In this document: positions 9,701 through 19,351 of the stretch, piece by piece | Position numbering within the stretch: the stretch's first letter is position 1 | How the letters are laid out: every line of letters starts with the position of its first letter | Origin: an uncultured Campylobacter sp. | GTDB lineage: Bacteria; Campylobacterota; Campylobacteria; Campylobacterales; Campylobacteraceae | Reading direction: 5' to 3' | NCBI RefSeq assembly: GCF_937996225.1 | Contig: NZ_CALKTC010000009.1 | Location: forward strand, 768-64,767 | Length of the DNA stretch: 64,000 nt | Made by a program: the position numbers and the translations under genes | The notes under the pieces: model-generated | Database searches by the model: none | What the model was told of the DNA's origin: nothing | What the model saw: the letters and a program-made list of their open reading frames with translations, nothing else

Positions 9701-10549
9701 ATGGAGGACAGAATGCCTAGATTTGCTTTACTTATAAAATTTACGCTTGTGATCATACTTAGCGTATCGTTTATAGATGCAAACGATACGAACAATACTA
9801 CTACTGCTATGCCTTGGATGTTAGATTCGATTTTATCAAAGGTACGGGATAGAAATATTACTAGAAAGAGCAGTGAAACCAATGCGACTTTTGGTATTAC
9901 TACTTTTAACAGTAAAAGCGTGTATTTTTGGCAAATGGATCAAAACGCGACCCTTAAGAAAGAGTATGAAGAGCATTTGGCTAAAGAAAGAGACTTTTGC
10001 ACCGATTTTTACGACGATCTGTTTAAATGGAAAAATATAAGCGCTATCCGCCCTGTAGTTAACGATAGCATAGATTATAATGATCCTGAGCTAAAGCAAA
10101 ATATGAGTGATTGTTGGTATATGGATATGAATAGAACGGTTCAAGCAGGGTATCGTGGCAGAGGTTTCACTTTGTATAAGATCGGCGATCATAGGCTTTT
10201 ATATATAATGTTCTATAAGTATGCGGAATATAACGTATCGAACAATCTTGCTAAAAATTTAGCCTATATTTTAGATATCAAAGAGTGTACCAAAGCTATA
10301 AGGGATTTTAATTATGATCCGTATAAAAGTAGGATTCATCTAGAAAATTATAGAAATTATGTGGAAGGCGTTTATTTTAGACCCATTTTTTATGAAGATA
10401 GATACTACGCGTTGGATATTGAGAGAAATCTTCCTGGCTTGGGCTTCGGCTTTACTATAAGGCTTAAGGAGATTAAAGATAGTAAGTTGGAGACTAAATG
10501 TGAAATATCGTATCTGATAGATAAAAAGAAATTTTTTACTAAGGAGTAA
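9701..10549 (+). CDS. Hypothetical exported protein (AT-rich island)
   Basis: Signal-peptide-like N-terminus, probable true start ATG 9713 after ggagg; AT-rich. Confidence 0.75.
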   Translation: MEDRMPRFALLIKFTLVIILSVSFIDANDTNNTTTAMPWMLDSILSKVRDRNITRKSSETNATFGITTFNSKSVYFWQMDQNATLKKEYEEHLAKERDFCTDFYDDLFKWKNISAIRPVVNDSIDYNDPELKQNMSDCWYMDMNRTVQAGYRGRGFTLYKIGDHRLLYIMFYKYAEYNVSNNLAKNLAYILDIKECTKAIRDFNYDPYKSRIHLENYRNYVEGVYFRPIFYEDRYYALDIERNLPGLGFGFTIRLKEIKDSKLETKCEISYLIDKKKFFTKE

Positions 10550-10619
10550 ATTATGCAAACGCATTCAGTTGGTTCGAGAAATACCCAATAATCTATAAAG
10601 CATCTAAAAAGGCGACGAC

Positions 10620-11168
10620 TTGAAAAAACTACTTAGAAATTTTATGATTTTCGCAGGTTTCATCTTTATATTATACGCCTCTTATTTTCTATATTTTTAT
10701 TCTAAAAAAGCCGAATATGCGGCTATTTTATTGCAGAAGGCGCTTAGTTATGAAGAGGAATTTTTTGCTGAGAAAACACAAAATTTAGACCCGTATAAGC
10801 AGATTGAGCTACGACATGAGTTTGAAAAAGAGAAATTAAAGCTAGAAAAATATTGCGGCGATGCTATAATAAACGGCGAAAATAGCCATTGCAAGGTTTA
10901 TTATAACCTCGATTTCGACTATATTCATTTCTACGACGGGCGAAATCAAGATATCGCGCTGGGCTACGACTTTGATAACGAAAGCATCGAGTTTTATAAA
11001 AAGCTATCAGATCACTATGATTACAAAGGCAAAAAATGCAGATCGCGCAGGGTATACAGCGAACACCATGCGACATTTGCGATTGACAATTTTGAGCATG
11101 CGAAATTTTGGTTGGGAAATTACGGCGAATTTACCCTAAAAGATCCATATATTCATGAATGTGAATAA
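10620..11168 (+). CDS. Hypothetical membrane-anchored protein (AT-rich island)
   Basis: MKKLLRNF plus N-terminal TM; four Cys; TTG start. Confidence 0.72.
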   Translation: MKKLLRNFMIFAGFIFILYASYFLYFYSKKAEYAAILLQKALSYEEEFFAEKTQNLDPYKQIELRHEFEKEKLKLEKYCGDAIINGENSHCKVYYNLDFDYIHFYDGRNQDIALGYDFDNESIEFYKKLSDHYDYKGKKCRSRRVYSEHHATFAIDNFEHAKFWLGNYGEFTLKDPYIHECE

Positions 11169-11227
11169 AATCTATTATGCTTAAAGCGAAAGGATAAATC
11201 CGCTAAAATGCCTATAAATGGAGCAAT

Positions 11228-11842
11228 ATGAGAGTATTAAAATTTATTTTTATAATAGCGGCGTCTATTTTGTTTTGTTATGTGGCGGAGGAGCTTATAA
11301 ATTATTTGATAATTAAGCCGCGCATTCCTATGGAATTTACCGATATAAATTTAACTAAAGCCGGCAATAAAGCGGAATTATATATAAATAACAAAGATGA
11401 TAAAATTTGTAGATATTTTACTTTGGATTTTGTCTCATACGATTACGATAGAGATATGAAGCTCTTGGATGATGAGTTCGCAAATACGTATATAGGAGGG
11501 GAATACGACGTGAACGAAACGCTGCTGCGCGGTACCAAAATACCGCTAAGTCTAAAGATATACAAAATAGATAATGAGCCGAATAAATTTGGACGCAGAA
11601 AGGAGTATTTTTATTATAAGTTAAAACCCGTGTTTGCAGAGGTGAGGAATTTACGCCCCGCGTATATGCAAACGAGTATTTATAGGGGCGAGAAACACTA
11701 TGACGCATATAGTGCGACGATCGCCTGCACGCCCTTACAAAAAGGTATGTATAAGGTAGAACTAGAGAATTTACAAGATTTGCCTATTTTTTCGAATGTA
11801 GAAATTTATTTTACTACGAAAGATAGCGGTCTTAAATATTAA
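11228..11842 (+). CDS. Hypothetical membrane-anchored protein, possibly DUF5625-like
   Basis: N-terminal TM, then DINLTKAGNK; family assignment is from memory and tentative. Confidence 0.7.
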   Translation: MRVLKFIFIIAASILFCYVAEELINYLIIKPRIPMEFTDINLTKAGNKAELYINNKDDKICRYFTLDFVSYDYDRDMKLLDDEFANTYIGGEYDVNETLLRGTKIPLSLKIYKIDNEPNKFGRRKEYFYYKLKPVFAEVRNLRPAYMQTSIYRGEKHYDAYSATIACTPLQKGMYKVELENLQDLPIFSNVEIYFTTKDSGLKY

Positions 11843-11855
11843 CAAGGAGAATAAA

Positions 11856-14501
11856 ATGACCTATAGATTAACCATAAAGATTGCAGAGAAAGGAACTATT
11901 TATATTCCGCAGGATCCGAACTACGAGAGACCTCATGGCTCATTGGCAGGTCATATGTGGTACTCTATTTCAGATGGAAGTACTGAAAAATCATATGGGT
12001 ATGCACCTGGAGGGGTAACTGAATGGGATAATAATGGCTACCAAAGCACGTATTATACGGGTACCATCATTATTAATAAAACCCAATATGATATTTTAAA
12101 AAATTTTGGTCAAAAACATATTGCGATAGAATATGGTTTTGGAGATAATGATTATAACGTATTGTCTAATAGTTGTATAGATTTCGTATGGAAAGCATTA
12201 AATTTAGCGGATTTAAATCCTATTGATTTCCAAGGCAATTTAATTCCTACAGCCAATATGATGAATGTAGATAGGTCGTTATATAGATTTTTATTTAAAA
12301 CAATAGATGGGTGGAAATATGATTTTCTAGAAAAAGATTATAACGTATTGTATGGAAGTAATTATGACGACGATGATCTACAGAGTAAAAATAATACTGA
12401 TGTGGTTTATGGCGGAGACGGAAAAGATACCATTATAGGTAATAATTTAAATCAATACTTATATGGTAATGAAGGTAATGATACTATACAAGCGGTAGGT
12501 GGTAAAAAGAATTTTTTATATGGAGGGAATGGTGATGATATATTAGTAGGTGGAAATAATAGTATTGATGTTTTCGATGGCGGTAACGGCTATGATATAT
12601 ATCATGCGGATGAGAATGACACGATAAACGATTCCGATGGCAGCGGCAAAGTATATTTGAGCGAGACTAAACTAAAAGGCGGAAGGTTTATAAAAGAGCA
12701 ATCGCACGGAAATATCGAAATTTATAAAAGTAATGACGATTCTATAACTTATGAGTACAATACTTCCATGAAGGTATTGAGCGCGAATGGTCTAAAGATA
12801 AACGATTTCGACAATAACGAGTTAGAGATAAATTTGCAAAAAGAGCAGTCGAATGAATTCGCCATACTTAGCGATACTACGGGCTCCATGGGTGGGGCGA
12901 TAAGCTCGGTAAAATCCCAAGCAAAAGAGATCATAAAAACCGCCTTTGCTAGAGATAAAAATACCAAGGTAGGAGTATTTGGCTATAACGATCCGGGCGT
13001 TCAAACTTTTACCAATCTCACGAATGATCAAAACGCGATAATGTCTGCTATAAACTCACTTTACGCAGATGGCGGAGGCGATACGCCGGAGATGACTTGG
13101 CATGGGATTTATAATGCCGCAAATTCAAATTGGAGCGAATACTCCGTAAAAAGAATTTTCGTTTTTGGCGATGCTCCCGCGAAGGACAATGAGTTCAAAT
13201 CTAAAGCAATGGTGGCGCTTTTGCCCAATAAACCAAGAGCGGTAGCAAGAAGTTTAAGCGCAGCAAACGCGCTTTATGGCAATAATCACAGTGATTTAAA
13301 TAATATTCAGGTCTTTACGATTCAAACGGGCGGTGGTGAAGATGTGGCGGCGGAATTTAAAGAATTAGCCGAATCCACCGGTGGCGGCTATGTAAATATG
13401 ACAAACTCGGGCTATACATCCGTGGCGGATGCTCTTTTTGACGCTATGAATACAGGTACTTCCAAAAATGAAACCATTGTCGGCAATGAGAAAAACAATA
13501 TCATAAACGGCAAGGGCGGGGATGATGTATTAGAAGGAAGAGAAGGAAGCGATACCTATGTTTTTGAAGAAAATTTCGGTAAAGATACGATAATAGAAAC
13601 CAACAAGGAAAATAAAGATAAAAATATCATAGATATGTCCGCTTTCAGTTTAAAAGATGTCGTTTTTAGGCAAAATAAAAATGATATCGTCGTAAATAGG
13701 TCAAAATTTGACGCGGTCACTATAAGAGATTTTTATTTAGAGGAAGAGAAGATATCGCAGATCAAATTTAAAGATGTAACGTTGGGCTATGAAGAGATCA
13801 AAGAGATAACTGCGCTTCAAAGCAACAAAGAGGTCGTTAAATTTGCAAATAAAGGCGAGAATAAGCTAAAAGCTTTACTGAAAAAGGTATTTTTCAAAGC
13901 TGATGATGAAACCGCTACGACGATAAAGGGCGGTGTAAGAAGCGATGCGCTAGTGGGATCAAATTTGAACGATAAAATTTACGGCAATCTTGGGCATGAC
14001 ACACTCATCGGCGGAAAGGGCGATGATTATTTAGACGGCGGCTTGGGTAACGATAAATACGTATTTCGCAAGGGAGACGGCAAAGATACTATTAAAGATT
14101 GTGGCGGAAAAGATACTTTGATATTAAAAGATATAAATCAAAACGAGCTTAAATTATCTAAAGATAAAAACGATTTGATTTTGAAATTTAAAGAAGGAAG
14201 CGATCAGATCACGATAAAGGATCATTTCAAGCGAAGCTTAGGATACAATCACAGGCTCGAAAATATTAAATTTGCGGACGGCGCGCAGATGAATTACAAA
14301 CAGATCGAAGATATTGTTTGTGCGGGCGAATACACCGGTGGGCTTAAACAAGCAAGTTCCTTGAAAAACGATTATTTTGTGCCGCAAGATACAGTAAATA
14401 AAATTATCGAGCAGTTAAATTCGTACGCCGATAATTCGCAAGCACTAGAATTTATGTCAAATAATACGCAAAAAGATAATATTCAAATTTATATGAGCTA
14501 G
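11856..14501 (+). CDS. RTX-type calcium-binding protein with VWA domain and N-terminal His/Cys domain
   Basis: GGxGxD nonapeptides (YGGDGKDTI, LYGGNGDDIL, LIGGKGDDYL, LDGGLGNDKY); VWA MIDAS DTTGSM...GGDTPE...FGDAP; no Sec signal; RBS aaggag. Confidence 0.9.
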   Translation: MTYRLTIKIAEKGTIYIPQDPNYERPHGSLAGHMWYSISDGSTEKSYGYAPGGVTEWDNNGYQSTYYTGTIIINKTQYDILKNFGQKHIAIEYGFGDNDYNVLSNSCIDFVWKALNLADLNPIDFQGNLIPTANMMNVDRSLYRFLFKTIDGWKYDFLEKDYNVLYGSNYDDDDLQSKNNTDVVYGGDGKDTIIGNNLNQYLYGNEGNDTIQAVGGKKNFLYGGNGDDILVGGNNSIDVFDGGNGYDIYHADENDTINDSDGSGKVYLSETKLKGGRFIKEQSHGNIEIYKSNDDSITYEYNTSMKVLSANGLKINDFDNNELEINLQKEQSNEFAILSDTTGSMGGAISSVKSQAKEIIKTAFARDKNTKVGVFGYNDPGVQTFTNLTNDQNAIMSAINSLYADGGGDTPEMTWHGIYNAANSNWSEYSVKRIFVFGDAPAKDNEFKSKAMVALLPNKPRAVARSLSAANALYGNNHSDLNNIQVFTIQTGGGEDVAAEFKELAESTGGGYVNMTNSGYTSVADALFDAMNTGTSKNETIVGNEKNNIINGKGGDDVLEGREGSDTYVFEENFGKDTIIETNKENKDKNIIDMSAFSLKDVVFRQNKNDIVVNRSKFDAVTIRDFYLEEEKISQIKFKDVTLGYEEIKEITALQSNKEVVKFANKGENKLKALLKKVFFKADDETATTIKGGVRSDALVGSNLNDKIYGNLGHDTLIGGKGDDYLDGGLGNDKYVFRKGDGKDTIKDCGGKDTLILKDINQNELKLSKDKNDLILKFKEGSDQITIKDHFKRSLGYNHRLENIKFADGAQMNYKQIEDIVCAGEYTGGLKQASSLKNDYFVPQDTVNKIIEQLNSYADNSQALEFMSNNTQKDNIQIYMS

Positions 14502-14550
14502 CTTATTTGCATAGTGTGAATGGTTATGACAAACGAGTATAAATTTGAGC

Positions 14551-14583
14551 AAATTCAGCGAGATTAATATTCTCGCTGAATTT
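14551..14583. terminator. Hairpin between convergent RTX gene and ybeY
   Basis: aaattcagcgaga-ttaatat-tctcgctgaattt, 13-bp perfect stem. Confidence 0.7.
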
Positions 14584-14655
14584 ATATTTTATAATCCTCA
14601 TTTAGTAGAATTTATACGTTATAGATTTAGCTTGCCGTTTTTCAATATACAGCGC

Positions 14656-15285
14656 CTACTCCTCGCTTCCCTCCGTTCGTACGATCAGACTTTTTGGAAG
14701 GCGGAATTTCTCGATGATCTCGCATTCCTTGGCGCGCATCTGCCCGTCGTCGCTTTCGTGATCGTAACCTAGCACGTGTAGCATGCCGTGCGTAAAGAGT
14801 AGCGCGGTCTCGTCATCCGTGCCGTGCCCCAGCTGCGCGGCTTTCAGCTCTACGAGGTCTAAATTTATCACAACCGAGCCGAGCAGCACGGGGGCAAAAT
14901 TCTCGCCGTCAAAATTTTCATTCTTTAAATTTTCATCGTTAGGATTTTTGCTCGCGGAATTTTCAGAATTTATAGTATTAAAATTTTCGCTCGCAGAATT
15001 TGCGGTGTCTGAATTTTCACTAGTGGAATTCGCAGTATTTAAAATTTTGCCGCCGCTGTTTTTATGCGCGGAATTTTCTTCGCTCAAATCCCCACTGAAG
15101 CCCGCAAACGCCGCAGGATCGAGCGGGAAGCTCAGCACGTCGGTCGCCTTGTCGATGCCGCGCATTTGCGCATTTAGCTGCCGCATCTCCTCGTCGCGCA
15201 CGAAAATTAGCTCGACGCTCCCGCCGCCCAGCTCCGCCGCGATAGCGTCCAAAATTTCGGGATAGGGCTGCTCGCAAAGTATCAT
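14656..15285 (-). CDS. ybeY: rRNA maturation endoribonuclease YbeY, with ~65-aa insertion
   Basis: [28 protein letters not shown] zinc motif. Confidence 0.95.
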   Translation of the reverse strand: MILCEQPYPEILDAIAAELGGGSVELIFVRDEEMRQLNAQMRGIDKATDVLSFPLDPAAFAGFSGDLSEENSAHKNSGGKILNTANSTSENSDTANSASENFNTINSENSASKNPNDENLKNENFDGENFAPVLLGSVVINLDLVELKAAQLGHGTDDETALLFTHGMLHVLGYDHESDDGQMRAKECEIIEKFRLPKSLIVRTEGSEE

Positions 15286-15339
15286 TTTTACCCCTCTTTT
15301 ATAAAATTTTCGTATAATTTTAGCAAAAAAAGGACAAAA

Positions 15340-16542
15340 ATGAGAGCTTTATGTGTGATCAGCGGCGGCATGGACAGCGCGACCTGCGCCTATATCGCGA
15401 GGCGCGAAGGTTACGAGATCGTAGCGCTACATTTTGACTACGATCAGCGCACGATGGACAAGGAGCGCGAGTGCTTCGGTAAAATTTGCGACGATTTGGG
15501 GGTCGCAAAAAGGCTGATTTTAGACGCTCGCTTCATCGCGCAAATCGGCGGCAGCGCCCTTACAGACGGCGCATTGCCAATCAGAAAGGGTGCTGCAGAG
15601 CTTTGCGGTGCGGTAAATTCTACCGGCACCAAGATTGACAGCGCTGCAAATTCCAAGAGCGCCGAGTTTAGAGAACTAAATTTTATCGAGACAAATTCCG
15701 TCGCCGAACTAAACGGGCAAAATTCTATTGCGGCAAATTCTATTGATGCCGAGATTGGCGGGCAAAATTTTACTGCGTCAGATTTCTCGGCGGGCTCAGC
15801 GGACGCTCCGCTTGATGCAGATTCGGCGCGAAATAGCCGCTTGCAGAGCGGTGAAATTTTAATGCAAGACGCTGAAATTTTACTAGAGGGCGATGAGCTT
15901 TCGCTGCAAGACAGTAAAATTTTAGCCTGCGACGATAAAATTTTATCGCAGGGCAGCGAAATTCTGGTTCAAGAAGGTGAAATTTCACTTCAAAGCGGAG
16001 CCGAGTCGCAGCAGGGCGATAAAATTTCACCCAAGCACGCAGGGGGTAAAATTTTACCACAAAGCCAAAACAATCAAATTTCATCGCCAAGTCGAAGCGA
16101 TAAAATTTCACCACCAAGCGGCGAGGGCGCGTTTTCAGATCTGCCGAGCACCTACGTGCCGTTTCGCAACGGCGTGTTTTTGAGCATCGCCGCTGCGCTC
16201 GCCGAGAAGGAGCGCTGCGACGCGATTTTTATCGGCGTGGTGCAGGAGGATAGCAGCGGCTACCCCGACTGCGGCGCGGAGTTCATCGGCGCGTTTGAGC
16301 GAGCGCTCGATCTGGGCACGAGCCGCGACTTTCATCCGCGCATCAAAACCCCGCTCGTGCACCTTAGCAAGGCGCAGATCGTCTCGCTGGCGCTTGAAAT
16401 CGGCGTGCCGTTAGAGCTTACGTGGAGCTGCTACGAGCGCGAGGACGCTGCGTGCGGGCTTTGCGATAGCTGCCTGCTGCGACTTAAGGGCTTTGCGGGC
16501 GCCGGCGCGAAAGATAAAATCCCCTATGCGATAGAAATTTAA
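15340..16542 (+). CDS. queC: 7-cyano-7-deazaguanine synthase, with ~180-aa insertion
   Basis: [25 protein letters not shown]...CGLCDSC. Confidence 0.95.
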   Translation: MRALCVISGGMDSATCAYIARREGYEIVALHFDYDQRTMDKERECFGKICDDLGVAKRLILDARFIAQIGGSALTDGALPIRKGAAELCGAVNSTGTKIDSAANSKSAEFRELNFIETNSVAELNGQNSIAANSIDAEIGGQNFTASDFSAGSADAPLDADSARNSRLQSGEILMQDAEILLEGDELSLQDSKILACDDKILSQGSEILVQEGEISLQSGAESQQGDKISPKHAGGKILPQSQNNQISSPSRSDKISPPSGEGAFSDLPSTYVPFRNGVFLSIAAALAEKERCDAIFIGVVQEDSSGYPDCGAEFIGAFERALDLGTSRDFHPRIKTPLVHLSKAQIVSLALEIGVPLELTWSCYEREDAACGLCDSCLLRLKGFAGAGAKDKIPYAIEI

Positions 16543-16574
16543 TCGCGCCGCGGCGAAATTTAATCGCGCCGCGG
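16534..16574 (+). repeat. Tandem duplication with 21-bp period at the queC stop codon
   Basis: gaaatttaatcgcgccgcgg at 16534-16553 and 16555-16574, identical. Confidence 0.9.
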
Positions 16575-16849
16575 TTAAATTTTACCGAGCCCGCGTAGCG
16601 TTTAAATTTGAAATGCCGTATGGTTTGCGGCAGGATTTAAACGCGCGGCGGTTTACACTTTGGTGCGCGAGCTGCGGCTGTAAATTTAAACTACGCTTTA
16701 AAATTTTAAAAATTTTAACGAGAGCGTTGCGCACGGTTCAAAGCGAAAATCAATTATAAATTTACCTCCTACGCTATATTTATTAGCGTATAGGCGAATA
16801 TAAACATATCGTAAAATCTAAGATTATTAAATTTCTTAAGGAGGAGAGA

Positions 16850-17296
16850 ATGGCGTTTGAAAATTCAATAATCACTAAAGAGGATGATGAGAAATACGGG
16901 TTGAGCAAAATTTTTTATCAATATAGTCCGTATTATGAAGAACTACCTAGAAATTTTGTTGTTGATAGACAAAAAGATATTTGGTTTCTTTTAATTGAAA
17001 GACTACCAAATGAAGGGTATGATTATGGTTATGGGAGCAAAAAGCTATGGAGGCTTTATATTCAAGGAAATAATTTAGATATTCTTTTGGACTACGAATA
17101 TGATCAAGAAGTGGATGGACACAAATTCCAAAGGGTGTGGAAAATTATCGAGGTAAATGTTATAAATTCTATTATTCCAGATAATGAAGTTATTAAAATA
17201 TTGAGAGATATTTTGATTGATTTTAAATTTAGACCAGGCTGGGAGGATAAGGATGATCTTAGTGTAGCGTTAATAGATGTAAGAAAGGAAAAATAA
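16850..17296 (+). CDS. Hypothetical protein (paralogue 1 of AT-rich pair)
   Basis: Strong RBS aaggagg; MAFENSIITKEDDEKY...VDRQKDIWF. Confidence 0.8.
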   Translation: MAFENSIITKEDDEKYGLSKIFYQYSPYYEELPRNFVVDRQKDIWFLLIERLPNEGYDYGYGSKKLWRLYIQGNNLDILLDYEYDQEVDGHKFQRVWKIIEVNVINSIIPDNEVIKILRDILIDFKFRPGWEDKDDLSVALIDVRKEK

Positions 17297-17297
17297 A

Positions 17298-17780
17298 ATG
17301 GCGTTTGTTGCGGAATATATTTCTAAAGAGGATATTAAGAAATATGATATTATAAATCGTGTAGATCAGTGCTTGGCAAAATATCATTATAATCCACAAA
17401 AACCCTATCAAATAAAGTGGTTGAATTGGGTCATCGACAGGCAAAGAGATATTTGGCTTATTTTTGTTTGTAGCCCGCATCTGCCTGATCCAAGAGACGG
17501 ATATACCGGAGAGGAGATTTGGCTGCTTTATTATAAGGGTAGAGAAATCGAGCTTGATATTAGACGGGTCTATGACGAAACCACAAGTAAAATGCTAGTC
17601 GATAATCCGTTTTTTATCAAATATAAGCTAGAAAATATAAATTCTAGTATTGACGGAATTTCGTTAGATGAGTTCTACAAGGTGCTTAATGAAGCTTTGA
17701 TAGAATATGGAGAAAGTGGTATACACGGTAGAAAGTTTTTGCCAAAAGAACACGAAGTCGTAACTTTTCTGCATGATTAA
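17298..17780 (+). CDS. Hypothetical protein (paralogue 2 of AT-rich pair)
   Basis: MAFVAEYISKEDIKKY...IDRQRDIWL; starts 1 bp after the previous stop. Confidence 0.8.
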   Translation: MAFVAEYISKEDIKKYDIINRVDQCLAKYHYNPQKPYQIKWLNWVIDRQRDIWLIFVCSPHLPDPRDGYTGEEIWLLYYKGREIELDIRRVYDETTSKMLVDNPFFIKYKLENINSSIDGISLDEFYKVLNEALIEYGESGIHGRKFLPKEHEVVTFLHD

Positions 17781-18043
17781 ATATAAAGGATAAAAATGAC
17801 GAGTAAACCGATCAAATTTTAGCAGATATTGCAAACGGCGAGGACGTGCGCAGCGGCACCGATGGCGGTGCGAGCACGAGAGAAATTTAGCAAAACGTGG
17901 CGCGAGCTTTAAACGCGATGTGTAAATTTAAAGCGAATTTTATCCGAAACCTAACCGTGAGCGAGCGCGAGATAAATTTTACTCAAACGCCCAATGCGCG
18001 AGAATTCGCTAGCGGGCGCAGACTATTTGTAAATTTTAAAATT

Positions 18044-19051
18044 TTACTCAAACGCCGAGCGTAGATTTAGATGCGGGATGATCTCAAGCTCTGCGGGCGC
18101 CGTAAATTCCTTTTTACGCAGCTTTTCTATCGCTGCGCGCGCGATCATAGCGGCGTTGTCGGAGCAAAATTTCATCGGCGCAAAAAGTATCTCGCAGCCC
18201 GCCCGCTCGCACAAATCCGTCAAAAGTCCGCGCAGATGCAGGTTCGCGCTCGCTCCGCCCACGACGCCGAAGCGCGCAAAGCGGCGTAGCTCAAATATCC
18301 GCTCCAGCTTATCCAGTATGTGCGCGCAAGCCGCGTCCTCAAAGCAGCGCGCCAGATCGCGCATCGCCCGCTCATCTAGCTCGCCCGCCTCTTTTAGCTT
18401 TTCGATCTGCACGCGCACGGCATTTTTAAGCCCCGAAAAGCTATACTCTAGCCGCCTGTCGCCCTTTAGCGGCACGGGCAGCTCAAATCTCGGCTCGCCG
18501 CCTTTTGCAAGCTCTTCGATGAGCGCGCCGCCGGGGTAGCCGAGGCCTAGCATTTTGGCGATCTTATCGAAGCTCTCGCCGAAGCTGTCGTCGCCCGTGG
18601 TCGCTAAAATTTTGATACCGCCCGTCGCGTCGATATCCAAAACCATCGTGTGTCCGCCGCTAACGAGCAAAACGCCCATCGGAAATCGCGCCTCGCCACC
18701 TAAAAACAGCGAGTAAACGTGGCCTATGAGATGATTTACGCCAATGAGCGGCAAATTTAGCGCGAGCGCGAGCGCTTTTGCCATATTCACGCCGCCGATC
18801 AGGCTCACGCTGAGCCCCGGGGTATTGGTCGCTGCGACGGCGCTAAGCTCACTAAAATAGGGCTTTGCACGCTGCAAAATCCGCGGCAACACCTCAGTAT
18901 GCAGCCTCGCGGCAAGCTCTGGCACGACGCCGCCGTATTTGGCGTGATCGGTCTCCTGGCTTATTTTTTCGTAAAATTTCAGCTCGAAACTACGCTCATC
19001 CATCACCGCGACCGAGCTGTCGTCGCAGCTGCTCTCAATAGCAAGTATCAC
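18044..19051 (-). CDS. tsaD: tRNA N6-adenosine threonylcarbamoyltransferase
   Basis: ILAIESSCDD, GGVVPELAARLH, VNHLIGH, VSGGHT, FSGLK, CSDNAAMI. Confidence 0.96.
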   Translation of the reverse strand: MILAIESSCDDSSVAVMDERSFELKFYEKISQETDHAKYGGVVPELAARLHTEVLPRILQRAKPYFSELSAVAATNTPGLSVSLIGGVNMAKALALALNLPLIGVNHLIGHVYSLFLGGEARFPMGVLLVSGGHTMVLDIDATGGIKILATTGDDSFGESFDKIAKMLGLGYPGGALIEELAKGGEPRFELPVPLKGDRRLEYSFSGLKNAVRVQIEKLKEAGELDERAMRDLARCFEDAACAHILDKLERIFELRRFARFGVVGGASANLHLRGLLTDLCERAGCEILFAPMKFCSDNAAMIARAAIEKLRKKEFTAPAELEIIPHLNLRSAFE

Positions 19052-19351
19052 ACAAAATCCTTAAAATTTTTCGCTCATTATACTCAAAAATACGCACTGC
19101 GGCGCAGATGAAATTTTAAAATTTAAAACGGCGCGCTTTAAATTTTTGTCTTTGTCGTGATATGTTCGCGCTCGCGGGGCAAAATTTTAAAATGCGCCGT
19201 TCGGCTCTGCCGCGGTTTATCTGCCGCGGCGGATAAAATTTTAAATAGATGAAATTTTGGCAGTCGAAATTTAGCGGGCAAATTTAAAAAGGCCTTTGGA
19301 TTTTAAAGCTCCAAAGGCCATTGCGATTAAATTTGGTGGTAAATTTAAAGG

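Noticed and set aside
9500..14650. Prophage, ICE or IS origin for the AT-rich island
   Set aside because: No integrase, transposase, phage genes, tRNA target or flanking direct repeats seen.
15851..16110. Periodic arrays as CRISPR
   Set aside because: Constant part is only ~6-8 bp, arrays lie inside ORFs, and no cas genes are present.
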